From Chiloscyllium plagiosum (lineage: Eukaryota): a stretch of 64,000 nt of DNA. The translations under genes were made by a program, and so were the position numbers. Shown piece by piece: positions 48,450 to 60,178 of the stretch (position 1 is the first letter of the stretch; each line of letters begins with the position of its first letter). Below the pieces are notes generated by a model that had not been told where the DNA came from, ran no database searches, and saw only the letters and a list, made by a program, of their open reading frames with translations. The stretch spans positions 24,535,241 to 24,599,240 of the forward strand of contig NC_057746.1 in the NCBI RefSeq assembly GCF_004010195.1, given 5' to 3'.

Positions 48450-49570
48450 AGGACAAGCAGAATTTAATAAGTTTTCATGCAAGAGGCTTTTTAGCTAAAG
48501 TTAAATCACTTAGACAAGTTTTTGACTTGATTAGGAGGTTGATAGGTAGTGGAAGTCAAGGAGCAAGGATAACTGATGTGGACACAAATCAGAAGGACAT
48601 TCATTGTAGCGATGTCCCATACTAGGGTTGTGACAATTCACACGATTTACCAATGACTTAGCACTATAGAGTCACAGATTTAGAGCCATCCACTCAAGAT
48701 TGAGGATGGGACAAAGGTTGGTGGTACAGTTAGCGTTGTAAACATACAGTGACAGGAATTAGATTAAGTGAGTGAATTAAGCCATATTAGCTAGATATCA
48801 GAACAGGTAAATGTGAGATTATTCACTTTGGACCAACAAAAATACGTCCCAGTATTAATCAAATAGTGAAAAGCTAGGGAAGATATTTTGGAATGCATGT
48901 ACACGGATCTTTCATAAGTAATAAGGAGCTGCAAAATTTAATTAAAAAGGCTGATGCAGAATTGGCCTTTGTAATTAGAAGACTAGCAAATACAGGAATA
49001 TAAATGTCACTAAATCCCTGTTGAGTCGACGTTTAAAAAATACAGGCACAGTTCTGTACATTGTACCTTGGAAAAGATACACTGGCTTTGGAAGGAGATC
49101 AATGCAAATTCATTAGAATGTTACAGCGGTCCAATGTCAAATTATCAGTAATTACAGACAAAGATATGTATTCCCTGGAATACAATAGATGAAGGTTAAG
49201 CAGTGATTTGATTCAACGTTTTTTTTTTAAAAACGGTTATTGAAAGAATTGATAAGAGAACATGGCAGGAAAGACTTTATGTTGCTGCGAGTTGATGGAG
49301 TGGGATGATAGTGTTGGGTAAGAGACAATATCAGAGACAAGCTATTCAGGTGAATTAACAACATTTTGTAAATAAAGGAATGTGCGAAACCCTTACAAAA
49401 AAATTGGTAGATGCAAGTTCAGTTAATGATTTCAAATCTGAGACCCGTGTGCTTTTTAGCTGGACACAGCGACAAAAGTAGATCCAGCTAAGGCTGGTGG
49501 TTGCAGCTAAAATATAGGTAGGTCATGGTTTGGTGGAATAGCAAAGCTCGGTTGGTTGTCTACATTGGTC
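48450..49570 (+). mobile_element. Very old CR1-like LINE remnant
   Basis: Weak colinear similarity (aaatgtgagattattcactttgga, ggaaaagatacactggctttggaagga, aaggttaag.agtgatttgattcaa). Confidence 0.5.
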
Positions 49571-49819
49571 ATGTTCCAATAAAGAATAAACAATTCCTCA
49601 GGAATGAGGCTTGGATCTAGTTGACATAGTTCCACAACACAAACTAGTGGATAGATTTCTTGTGGTGCTAACCTCAGACAAGAGATCCTGGTTCAAGTCC
49701 CACCTACTCCAGAGGCATGTAATAACATCTCTGAACAGGTTGGTTAGAAAACAGATACATAAAACAGCGGATACCTGGGAGTGAGTTAAAGGCTGGAAAG
49801 ACCACGACTGCAAGACAGA

Positions 49820-50557
49820 GAGAGTAAAAGGTTATGTTTTTGCTTTATTAAAGGTCATTCTTTCACCACACCCCCATACAACACAACAATAGAAGCATCA
49901 GATAGCATCCCTGGTGGCACAGCAGCCAGGAATATATGTTAAACTATGTACAGTACATATCATTATGTTATTTACAATACAAACAACATTCTCTTAATTA
50001 CACGTGTGGGGAGAAAAAATTCAACATATATACACATTTATATACGTATAAATATTTTGATTTTATGGGGTTAGGAGCGGGATTAATTACAAAGTCGGCA
50101 TTTAAAATGGATAAATCGAGGACCTGAAAAAATTAACGCTTTTTTGTTTAAATCTCCTTGTTAAATATATACACAGAACAACATCAACCAGTACAATCAC
50201 TTCCTCCAACATTATTCTGGCAGTGGTTACTATAGCAACAGAGATTATAGTCACATCATACAAACGTTAAAATCATGTTGAGGCATGCCTGTGTTTTTTT
50301 TTTTGTTTTGTTTGTTTCAAATTTTAAAACGTTATTTGTTTATGTATGGCTATCGATTGTCGACTCGGAACTGCGTCGACATTTTTTCTTTCGTTTACTT
50401 TCTTTTCACTTTGAATTTGTTTTGTTTTGTTTTTTTTTTGTTTTGTTGTTGTTTGTTGTGTGTATGTTTATAGCTATCGGAATGCCCCGTAAGTCAACGG
50501 GAGAAGGCGGCTATGACTCCGGGCTGTTCTTCCAGCTCTCTGCCCCGTTTCTGAAGG
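49820..50557 (-). other. Probable terminal exon and 3' UTR of an unidentified convergent gene
   Basis: Minus-strand AATAAA at 49844-49849 with a downstream pyrimidine/GU tract. About 650 nt of repeat-free UTR-like sequence (tgtaaata, tgtacata, tatttat, A/C runs). Candidate acceptor ..cccatctttcgatccatag| at 50558/50557, then a short GC-rich stretch with stops in all frames by 50474. Confidence 0.5.
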
Positions 50558-51745
50558 CTATGGATCGAAAGATGGGCGAGTGTGAATTGGTGAATTTAAG
50601 AAAATATAAGTCGTCCCCAACCCGCCCCCACTCAGCCCTCCCGCAAACAGCCACCCACCCAGCCAACCCAAACCAACCTTCTTCCTCTTCCAACCTCGGC
50701 ACCAAACATATGATGGAACAAACAGAGGTGTTTCTGTAAGTGTTGGGCGGTTTCAGGGCCAGTGGTTTGCAGTGGCGGTGGAGATGGTTGGATTGGGTGA
50801 GGGATGGAATGGGGAATGCAAGTGTTTGAGTTGGGAAGTGATAGAGGGTGACAATAGAAAACTTTGTCCAAGCCGTCTTATGTATCTCAATAAAGGGAGC
50901 TCCGGTATGGCCTGTCTGTTCATTGCCGAATTTTGGCGGTGGTGTGTTTATCTCTTGGGACTGGTTTTTAGCTGGCAGGGATCCCCAGCCCTCGACCCTG
51001 ACACCACCCACCTCAAACAATCAAATACCTCACTGCCACCCAACGAGGTACCATCTAAAAGTGCTGATGATTGTCTTAATATTGCAATACTTCTTTTTGG
51101 TATTAAAGGCCAGAGATTAATGGACACCAGTGGCCTACCTGCTCTCATCTTCTCACGCATCCACCCCCACCCCCACCCCCACACCAACCCAGTACTACCG
51201 CATGTGGACTTCAAAAATACCCAATACCAAGTGGGTAGTGGGACCTGATGGGTGGTAGTTTGATGTCCCTATCTAGGTATAATTTTAACTCTCCTCTGGT
51301 ATCTAGAGGCTGAAAATGAGAACTGGCAGGTTAGATTGAAATTTCCCCTGTTACCCTCCAGCCGTTTTTTTGAAAATTATATCTAAGGACATTGTACTCA
51401 CTTCAAAAGTTGGAGTACAAACCCCATCTCTGTACACAATGTCCTTTGGGAGCTGTAGGATTGAGCATTTATCCAGCTATGGGGGGGGGGGGCCTGCTGC
51501 TGTACCTAGTACAGTCCCTCTCCCCAGGTCTTTCTGCCACCTCCTGCTAGATACTATCTTTGTCCCATTTCCTGGAAGTTGCTACTTTTGTGACCACCAC
51601 CTTCTCAAAAGGGTCACTCAACAAATTCTACTTGGGCCAGCAATGTCGCGATCCCAACATTTCACTTTTAATTAAAGTATTCACTTGTAAGTTTGGACTG
51701 TGATGGACAAACGCCCTCAAATTCCTTGGACTTTTGAGGATAAAG

Positions 51746-51954
51746 AGCTGAAAATGTGTTGCTGGAAAAGCGCAGCAGGTCAGGCAGCATTCAAGGAGCA
51801 GGAGAATCGACGTTTCGGGCATGAGCCCTTCTTCAGGCTCATGCCCGAAACGTCAATTCTCCTGCTCCTTTGATACTGCCTGACCTGCTGCGCTTTTCCA
51901 GCAACACATTTTCAGCTCTGATTTCCAGCATCTGCAGTCCTCACTTTTTCCCTG
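51746..51954. mobile_element. Young fold-back Penelope-derived insertion with TSD
   Basis: Near-perfect inverted arms of about 84 bp (51744-51827 and 51836-51919), PLE tail ccagcatctgcagtcctcacttt, and a 12-bp direct repeat ttgaggataaag at 51734-51745 and 51955-51966. Confidence 0.92.
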
Positions 51955-54369
51955 TTGAGGATAAAGCTGATTTCTGGATTTTGACAATGGGAATAACTTG
52001 GGACTTGCTGCCAGGACTTTTCTAGGCTTGAGATCTGATCTCAACTTAGAGGTGAAGTGATGGCTGTCAGTGTTGTCCCTCAATGAGGATACAGGTCTGA
52101 GGGTGCTTGACAAAAAAAAAAGCTGGAGGGTCCATAGACTCTACTGCTGTCCCTCAGGTTGCCAACTCTCACTGGATATACATTCCAAGTGGTTTCATTG
52201 AATAACTTTCTGCCCCCCACCACCTCTGTCTTTGGTCAAATTTGTGACCTTCCCACACCAAGTGGAAACTGAATTTGAAAGTGGAAATTTTCTTCATTGC
52301 ATAATTGGGTGGCTTCTGGCTCTCAGATAGCCTTCTCCCACAACACATGCAGGAAAGTGAAGACCACAATCAGATCAGCTAAGATCTTATGAATGGTGGA
52401 GCAGGCCTGAGGGGCTGAATGGGCTATTCTTATTTTCTATGCTTTTAAAGAGAACTGTCCAGCAAAAGCAAAAAAAATGCTTTACTGCCTCTTTACTGTC
52501 TTTCTCTTAGGAATTTGTCCTCAGCTGTATCCTCCAGATTTATCTTCTCTTCCAAGAGATTGCCAGGCAATCTTGAATGGTTGGCAAACCCTAGGGAGCC
52601 CTCATTGAAGTATAAACAGGATGCTTCCTGTTTTGCTGTGGGAGCACCTCCCTGTTCTCCATCTAATGCCCATAAATTGCTCTTCAGACATTCCTTATCC
52701 TTTGCTCTGTGGTATTTCTTTCACTTCCCATTTTTCACTTAGGCTGAAGGATAGTGGAGGCTGGTTCCAGAGGTCTGGCCACAAGTGCTTGGGCTCACCG
52801 AATAACAAGCAGGACGAATGGATTGAAGAACCTGCCCAATTCTCTTCATGAGAAGTGTCTATTGCCATGACAGCACGCTCTACACAATGCTTTCACCAGC
52901 GGAATAAGGCAAACGTGGTGCTAAAAGGAATAAGCTGGTGCATTACTCTGGCAGAGAATGCAAAGCTGCTTGGCTTGGGAACGCATCGGCCCCATTTGGA
53001 CACTGCCTTCAATGAGTTGGCTTGTTGATTGTCAGTCGCATTTATTCTTTGACAAGGTAGCTCTACGCTGTGATCCAAATGGGAGAGAGGAAGGATTTTG
53101 GGAGATGTCCATTGGATCACACATGGGAAATCCATGACACATCGTCTCTCATGCCAAACACATGGCTGCCCGTGCATAGTCAGAATGGTGGTGTCAATGT
53201 AACATGTTGAAGGTCAGCACATAGGTCCATCCCTGGGGTGCAGCTGGTGATGGAACTGGGGGAATCACAGACACTCATTTCTATGTCTCCTCCCCCCATC
53301 CCAAAAGTTTTTTCAATGGTCTCCCGCTCTTACTTCATTCCTGTCTACTCCTGAAGGCACTGACCCCTGCTGGGACACTGATCCAAGAAAACAGAACAAC
53401 CCTGATTTCACCCGCCCAGTGCAAACTGCTTGCCTCATGAACCCCCTACTTGCAGCCTCAAAGCCACATTCTTATCGGATTGGCTAAGGCAGTGACTGCA
53501 GCTGGCTCTATTTGGATTTAAAGAGCACTGCAGCTTTCTGCAAGGCATCCTTCCCTCCCCCCACTGCACAAGAAACTCCCACAGTTGCATAACCCTCCCA
53601 GCACTGTCCCTCCCAGATGTGGGAAGCTTCCTTTCAATTGCTGCCAGGGAGACAGACAGTTAACCTGAGTAACCTGAGCACTCCCGTGTTCAGCTTCACG
53701 CACAAAGTGGGGGGTCAAACCCGGGATCTTTCCATGCTTTAGAGCTGAATAGAGCAGCAATCCGGGTGGGACGGAGAGGGAGGTTGGGATTGTTGTTGAC
53801 GGACGTGATACTTGTGAGCTAAGTTTGAGTGGAAGAAAAAGTGGAATGGCAGTGTGAATCAGAGGTTTCAAAGTTCGGTTCATGGCACTTTAAAACACTT
53901 TTCAGATTGTTGACGCAATTTGACACACCCAGACCTGCCTGTTGTGCAGAGAACAGTCAAAGAAAACCATCAGCCTTGTCCTCTGGCCTGTGAGCAGTGA
54001 TTAAAAATGATGACTTAGCTCCATCAATGAGAACTGAAATGATAGGGTCTGAACTGGTTAGTGCTACCTCCCACTCAATGTGAGATGGAGATCAAGGTGT
54101 TCTTTTTTTAAAGTATTTTTTTACACAATACCATCACTGTGAACTTCCCAGCTTGCAAGCCATATCTTTCTGTGTACCTGTTGGAGGGGAAATGTATTGT
54201 GGGTTGGTTTGGTGCTTTGGAACTGGTCAGGGTGAAACGGAGGAGTGGGAGGGCTGGGACAGTCTGCAAGTGTCAGGTTACACTGGTAGGAGAAAGGAAT
54301 GGGGTACACTGCATCATCAAAGAACAACTTCCCGAAGTGCTAGGGAAGCAAGGATATTTTGGGGAGGAG

Positions 54370-54735
54370 GAACTGAAGGAAACTGGCATTTAAAAATAAA
54401 AGATGGTGGAAAAATTAATGGGGATGCAAGCTGAAAATCTCTTTAGATTTTGGAATAGCCCTGTCAGACTGAGGATGGAGGCCCAGAACAAAGGGGCACA
54501 GAGTTGAGGAGGAATATCTGCATTCAGGAGATGATGAACCTGTGGAATGCTGTGAATGAAAAGTCACTGAATACATTGAAGAAAGAAATAGACAGATTTC
54601 TAGAAGCTAAATGTATCAAGGGTTATGGAGAGAGAACAGGAGTATGGTGTTGAGATACGAGATCAGCCATGATCATGTTAAATAGTGGAGTAATCCCAAA
54701 GGGCCAAATTTTGCTGCTTTTTCTATTTCTATATT
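54370..54735 (+). mobile_element. CR1 LINE fragments including 3' UTR
   Basis: gatgaacctgtggaat..gaaatagacagatttctag..atcaagggttatggagagag..gatcagccatgatcat, homologous to 25230-25450. Confidence 0.65.
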
Positions 54736-55104
54736 TCTGTCAATGTCCTGGCAACTCTGAAATCAGAGATTAATCTCCATGCTGTGAAAAATGTTGGAGT
54801 AAAATTATTAAGGGATTGAGATGAATTGATTTCATTTTCTTTGAAGAGTTGAATTTATTAATTAAAAGGTATTGGAAATGGAATAGTAATGGCTGATCTA
54901 TTGGGTCTGGAATAAAAATATTCATGAAGACACCCAATCACTGTTGGCAATCTTGGGTGCAGATCAAAGCAATCAAGCACTGATTTCCAAATGGAAGAAC
55001 GAGTGACATAAGAGGAAGAGTTTTTTTTGTTCTGCAATCTGGTGAAATACTGTTAGGGAGGAATTCAGATGAAAGCTTTCAGTTCTCTCACGGTACACAC
55101 AAAA

Positions 55105-55235
55105 ACATAAATTGTTGGAGAAACTCAGCAGGTATGGCAGCGTCTGTGGCGAGAAAGCAGAGTTAACATTTCAGATCCAGTGACCCATCTTCAGAAACTC
55201 TGTTATGACTGCTTTCTCTCCACAGATGCTGTCAC
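55105..55235. mobile_element. Old Penelope terminal-repeat fragment, partly fold-back
   Basis: ggcagcgtctgtggcgagaaagcagagttaac / ctgctttctctccacagatgctgtc. Confidence 0.6.
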
Positions 55236-55279
55236 CAAGACTGTAGGTGAATTAATGCGTGACTGCTACTACCAAATCT

Positions 55280-55870
55280 TCACGTTAGTTAGAGACTAAC
55301 TGTTATTAATCAGTCAATTGGAGATCGGCTAATCTTATTTGAACCTTGGGTCAAGTCAAGTGTAAATGCTTCACTGAATCATCAGGTCAATTATAGAGTG
55401 ACAACATTTATCAAATGCTTTGATAAATCAGAAGCCAAATGCTCTTACCAGATCCTTGGGTTAAGAAGAGACTAACATTTGATAGCATGACCTTGAGTCA
55501 ATTAGAGGCCAATTATTCTTAACAGACTTTCAGGTTAATTTTAGCTGCTCAGAGCAATTGGAGTCAAAGTATTTTTGTTAGCTCTTAGATTAATTAGCAT
55601 GTGATTATTCTCATGAAGTAACAAACCAATTAGCTTGGAACTGGTGTCAGATGGGAGATCACTTCGGGGTTAACTGCTCTTATTGGATCTTCAGGTTAAT
55701 CAGAAGATAATATTGCATCATACATTCAGGTCAGTTAGTGCTGGATTATATACTCAGGTCAATTGGAGAGTCACTGCTTTCACAGATATCGGGTCAATTA
55801 GAGGTTAACTGCTCTTACCAGAACCGCAGGCCATTCAGAAACTAATATTGCCCTGCGATCCGCAAGTCAA
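55280..55870. repeat. Degenerate tandem repeat, about 35-37 bp unit
   Basis: Recurring (ca/tg)ggtYaattagag..taactgctcttaccaga core at roughly regular spacing. Confidence 0.65.
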
Positions 55871-57779
55871 AGGTAGAGATTAGATGGGCTGACATTCCTC
55901 TTTATTTAAGCAAAAGGTGACATGTGTGGTCCTGTGACTTTCAAAGTCTGCTCGACATGTCCACTCAGCTTTGCCTACAGTAAAAGAATATGGCTATTTT
56001 TGTCAGGTCAAATGTGTTTTGCTGTATGGCACACAGGACACTAGAGGACTTGCTCAATCCCACTGTTACCTTTATGCCACCAGATTTTACTCCAACACCA
56101 TGTCCCACATTTCAAAGGAAAGTTATATCATCAAAGTGACAGCTATTATGACCACCATTTTGGATTTCCTGGAACAACCAGAGATTAGTTGAATTGGGCT
56201 GATTGGTGAGGACAGTTGGAAAAGCTTACGTTCCCTTAAGTATAGAAGATCTAGTCAAGGCGTTTAGAATGGTTAAGGGAATTAATTCCTCGACGGCAAA
56301 GGGTCCCAAACCTAACATGAGAGCTAGGCCATTTAGGAGAGAATTCAAGAAATGTTTCTCAAAGTCATGGGGTTGTGGCAATCCCCCTCAGAAAAATCTG
56401 TTGAGTTTGGAGCTCAAGTACTATTTTCTAGGCTGTGATTGAGATTCCTTATTAGGTAGGAGCATGAAGGGATATGGAGCAAAAAGAGGTAAGTGGATTG
56501 AGGGCTTAATCAGCCTTGAGCTAATGAATGGTAGAATAGGTTCAAGGGGCTGAATAGCCTTCAGCCTTTCCGTTAATCCTGTGTTCTGAATGTGGAGAGC
56601 TATCTACCTCCAACAAAATGGGCCGCCAGTTTAATCTGACTTGCAAGCAAAGAATTCACAGTGAAGGTAAGGATTCATTAAGGATCCTGATCTTTGAACA
56701 TGTATTTTGGTGAGGGTAGTAGGTGTTGAGGATGGGGTACAGTGATGAGTGGTCAGGGACAGAGCAGTAGAGTTGTCAGCAGACAGACGGATAATTGTCA
56801 AAGGATGAAATATACTTTTTAAAAAATTGTCAACCTGGCCTGATGGCTTGTCCATGCATTTTTAAGGGTTATGCTTATTTACTTCAGTTGACTAAGGGTC
56901 TGACTCCCCAAACTCCCAGCCCACCTAAAGTGAACACATTTCTTTAGACTGTTTAAAATATCCCAGAGTTTTCCTTCATTCAGATTGTTTTAAAATAAGA
57001 GAACAAAACACTGAACAACATTGCTCACAGAACAAATCAAACGTTGCGACTGAATGACCCTACCTTAACGGTGACCCACTACGTGATACTCGCGAATTAA
57101 CATGGTTTCCCCTTTTCCCCTCCCTCCCTTTCCCCTCCCCACGCCCCGTGACTGGCTTGTGTACGCTTAAGTTGCTGTGATATCCTACACTTAACCATCT
57201 CTGGGTGGGGGGGTGGGGGTAAATGATTTACCGTTTAAGAAAGAAATTATTATTAATAAATTGGTTAAATACATTTTCAGTGACCAGCAGCCAATGGTAA
57301 CCTCTACGCAAGCAAGTGTCACATTCAAAGAGACAGGGAAACAAGCGAGCAATTCCCAGTTTGAAATCCTTAAGAGTGCGATTGGAAAGTTGCAGCAAAG
57401 TGGCTGCTCTCAATATTGCCAGTGCCCCGATTGATCCACCTCACCAATCCACACTTCAACTCTCCCTTCACTTGATAAGATTAATGGCTAAAATTTGAAA
57501 GGATTCTGTCCTACAATTCATGCATGGAACTCATGAATGACCAGTGCAGAACTGTGTCTTGTTCTTGGGGAACTGTGTTATCTTTATGCTTTTCTTACTC
57601 CACTCACTCTACTGTGTGACCTCTCTTGAAGGCTCAAATCACAGATGCTCACAAATATCTCTATCAAGCGGCCAGCCACAGTGGGGGAGCTTGCTAATCA
57701 ATGCAGACTATACAGAAATGTAATCAGGAAATACAATCATAGCCGAGTCTATTTCTTGGCCCCACCGAACACTGGTGTC

Positions 57780-58195
57780 GGCTGTGGCTCTCACCTCTGA
57801 ATCAGTGTATTGGAGGTTCATACCCCAATCCAGAGATTTGATCCAGGTAATCTTGGTTGACACTGACGATGCAAGACTGAAGGAGACCTATATTGTCAGA
57901 AGTGCCATCTTTCAGGTTAAGGCATTAAACTGAAGCTTTACCTGTCTTCTCAGGAGGAATTAAAACAATATCATTATTTTGAAGAAGACCATGAGTTATT
58001 GTCCCTAGTGTTCTGTCAATATTTTCCCTCAACTAACAGACATCTGATCAATAGCACATGGCTGTTTGTGAGTGCTTGCTGTCTCCAAGTTGTCAACTGC
58101 ATACCTTGCATTGGAACTGCAAGTGCACTTTAAAAGCTTTGGGACTTGCCGAGACAGTGAGCGTTGCAAGAAAAGTGAAAGTATTTCTTCCTGTA
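57780..58195 (+). mobile_element. Deu-domain SINE (SacSINE1-like), old
   Basis: ctctcacctctgaatcag..ggttcataccccaatccagaga head, attgtcagaagtgccatctttcag..ttaaactga..tattttgaagaaga, gctgtttgtgag.gcttgctgt..aagttg.c, gctttgggac. Confidence 0.6.
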
Positions 58196-58932
58196 GGTGT
58201 CACCAGCGATGCAGACCAAGAACCATAATGGATACTCTTCCTCCTCAATACCACTGTAGGCCTCCAATGCTTAATGCTAAAACTCCCACTCACAAGGCAT
58301 AAATCAAGAGACTGACTATGACTCTATGACTCTGCCTCAGAAGTTTCTGGTCAGTGATCAACTGTCTCTTGACTATATTCACTGTGCCAGAAGATGTGGC
58401 CACAAATTAACTTCAAGAAACGTAACACCAAATCATTGATTTTACATGAACCATATCCTTTTTTCTATGAATGGACAATGAGAAGAAGGAAATGAGAGTC
58501 TGGCAACTCACTGTAGCAGTTATCTTACAGGAGCATACAGAATATCATTGTTACACTCAGCCCAACATGGCTCTTGGTTGACACCAATATAGCATAAAGC
58601 TGACCCTGTGACTGATCCTGACAGTTTCCTGACTGGTGGGTTTGTTTAAAATTGACTGTTCAATTGACAGAAGAAAGTATACATTATGAGAGGGGACAAG
58701 AAACTAAACAAGAAAGAGAGAGAGCAAGACAGACACAGAAAAGAATATAGACGTTCACCTTTGACATAAGGTGAATATCAGATCAGCAACATGTCACAAA
58801 TCTCTCTGACATTCGGAGTCATTGACAATTAAAGTCAATGAATATCATAGAGGAGTATCACAGGATGGGAGAAACTCAGTAACGAATGTCTCCCCCAGAA
58901 ATTATGAGGGATACACAGTACAAGGCAAACAT

Positions 58933-58933
58933 A

Positions 58934-58965
<32 letters not shown>

Positions 58966-58966
58966 T
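58933..58966. repeat. (GA)n microsatellite
   Basis: Imperfect agagagag run. Confidence 0.9.
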
Positions 58967-59884
58967 AAAGAAAGAAAGATCACAATCAAAAATATACTTG
59001 AACACAGAAACAAGACAACAAATCTGAGCAAAGCTTGCAATGTATTGGAACAAAAGGACAGGCCCAATTAAATCCTCCACATTCTGATACACACTCTGCT
59101 AAATTTCATTCCGTTGTATAATTTTAAAAGGGATGCAATTTAGACTGCAGAAACCAGTGAAATACAAGATGAATTCTGCACTGGTTAAAGGTGTTGGATG
59201 CCAGTACAAAGCACTGAAATTGTTACAATCTTTATGTCCTCGGTTTCTACATCAAAAGCAGTCCTTTGTGGTACAGCACAGTTAGAGCTCAAAGCTCCTT
59301 CCGTAATGATAAACTGTGATTTATATAAATGTAACAACACTTAGTGTAAGTTTGGATTGATTTTTGAGTTAGTAACCTGTGGGTTTTCTGAGTGTCTGGA
59401 GTTAATAATTATATTGTGTTCTGTAGCCATGGTGAGTTTTTTAAACATTTTCGAGGCTTGACTTTAGAGAGAAAATAGCTGCATGTGCACTCCTAACTGA
59501 CTTTTGTATTTATCTTAGACAGTTTTGTAACCCAACAAGGGAAATAATGGGGCCTCAAGTTTTGTTAAAGACTTCTGAAACTTGTTCAGAATTCAGATCA
59601 AAGTTTAAAGAGGGAAACTTTGGTTACAGTTTTACTTTAAATTTTGGCTGGTCCTGTGAAATCCTTGGATTTGGATGACTGCATGGACCAGTGTTCTGAG
59701 AAGGGAAGGATTAGTGCTGCGTACATTTAAACAGATGTACGATAGCTCCATGCAGTTCCAGTTGAAGTTGAAGTTGAAGTCACAAGTATCTTGAACCTAC
59801 TGAGGTGCTAGATGCAAAGACTCTGGTAGAAATATTGTAAGAGTGGTGTTTTAGTTTTGGGTAGTATTCAAAAGCTAGTTTTAT

Positions 59885-60178
59885 AGATTAGATTCCCTAC
59901 AGTGTGGAAACAGGCCCTTCGGCCCAACCAGTCCACACCGACCCTCCGAAGAGTAACCCATCCAGACCCATTTCCCTCTGACTAATGCACCTAACACTAC
60001 AGGCAATTTAGCATGGCCAATTCACCTGACCTGCACATCTTTGTGACTGTGGGAGGAAACCGGAGGAAACAGGGAGAATGTGCAAACTCCACACAGACAG
60101 TTGCCTGAGGCTAGAATCGAACTTGGGACCATGGCACTGTGAGGTAGCAGTGTTAACCACTGAGCCACCATGCCACCC
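59885..60178 (-). mobile_element. V-SINE inserted in the putative Gypsy LTR
   Basis: Reverse complement V-SINE of the 26380 subfamily, with a small internal deletion near 60065. Confidence 0.9.

Noticed and set aside
50275-51248. 154-169 aa hydrophobic or low-complexity ORFs on both strands
   Set aside because: They derive from T-rich UTR-like and G/C-run intronic sequence. Only the last few codons before 50511 might be coding.
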